36,408 nt of DNA from Octopus bimaculoides (Eukaryota): NCBI RefSeq assembly GCF_001194135.2, contig NC_068985.1, positions 80,810,908 through 80,847,315 on the forward strand, in the 5' to 3' direction. The notes beneath the pieces were generated by a model. The model searched no databases. It was given only the letters and a program-made list of their open reading frames with translations, and had not been told where the DNA came from. Below are positions 35,702 to 36,408 of the stretch, piece after piece. The first letter of the stretch is position 1, and the number at the start of each line of letters is the position of its first letter. Position numbers and translations under genes: made by a program.

Positions 35702-35799
35702 ATGTTTCTGTTGCATATACATAACACAATTGCATTTACATCCAGTTACTTTCGATTGGATGCAAACGTGATTGTGAGGTGCCTGTGCAGCATAGATGT
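35702..35799 (+). ncRNA. Long gapless hairpin, pri-miRNA-like / dsRNA substrate (candidate)
   Basis: Position i pairs with 71501-i from 35702 to 35747: 29 Watson-Crick + 10 G-U pairs and 7 mismatches, no bulges, 6-nt loop. Confidence 0.55.
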
Positions 35800-36093
35800 A
35801 TGTTGAACACATTTAAGTTAAATATGGTGTATAACTGATTGGAGAAATAAAAAATATACAAATTTGCTAATCTCTGTATTCATTGTAATTGTCTTGGATA
35901 TACACTTAGTAAAATATTTATAATCCAGCAAAGCAAACCCAAGATTTACCCACGGGATGAAATACATTAGGATTACTTACCTTAATTAATCCTAGGTGCT
36001 CCTTACTACTCAACACAGTTAGCCATAACCTGGATTAGAACTGAGTGCTTGAATGATACCTGCCTGGATAATCTATCTCTATTCATTTTATAT

Positions 36094-36408
36094 ATCATCA
36101 TCATCGTTTAACGTCCGCTTTCCATGCTAGCATGGGTTGGACGATTTGACTGAGGACTGGTGAAACCGGATGGCAACACCAGGCTCCAGTCTGATTTGGC
36201 AGAGTTTCTACAGCTGGATGCCCTTCCTAACGCCAACCACTCAGAGAGTGTAGTGGGTGCTTTTACGTGTCACCCGCACGAAAACGGCCACGCTCGAAAT
36301 GGTGTCTTTTATGTGCCACCCGCACAAGCCAGTCCAGGGGCACTGGCAACGATCTCACTCGAAAATCCTACGGGAGCCAGTCAGGCGGTACTGGCAACGG
36401 CCACGCTC
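36094..36408 (-). mobile_element. Young RTE-type 3' UTR/tail, running off the window end
   Basis: Reverse complement ends ccaacccatgctagcatggaaagcggacgttaaac(gat)n, as at 28010-28060. CpG-rich, with tandem modules. Confidence 0.88.

Overview
AT-rich eukaryotic scaffold, about 11% N. Gaps lie at 4240-4249, 9629-9915, 11995-12460, 13094-14005, 14569-15383, 20703-21040, 22246-22345, 26204-26608 and 33363-33985, most flanked by (TA)n or (CT)n. The dense TA/CA/AAT/GAT microsatellites and the repeat families resemble those of coleoid cephalopod (Octopus-like) genomes; this is an inference. No complete protein-coding gene, rRNA, tRNA or CRISPR array is supportable, and nearly all long ORFs in the track are microsatellite or N artefacts. 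What can be supported: a decayed CR1-group LINE 3' end; a 3.2-kb nest of three R4/Dong-type restriction-like-endonuclease LINE fragments and two copies of an unclassified ~600-bp element inside (AAT)n arrays; three RTE 3' ends; many tRNA-derived SINEs of two families; and hAT-like and piggyBac-like MITEs. Several minus-strand exon candidates suggest the window may be mostly intron of an unidentified gene (low to moderate confidence). The best unexplained signal is a gapless ~98-nt hairpin at 35702-35799 (39 of 46 positions paired, 10 of them G-U) with pri-miRNA-like geometry. A second miRNA-like hairpin lies at 30812-30878.
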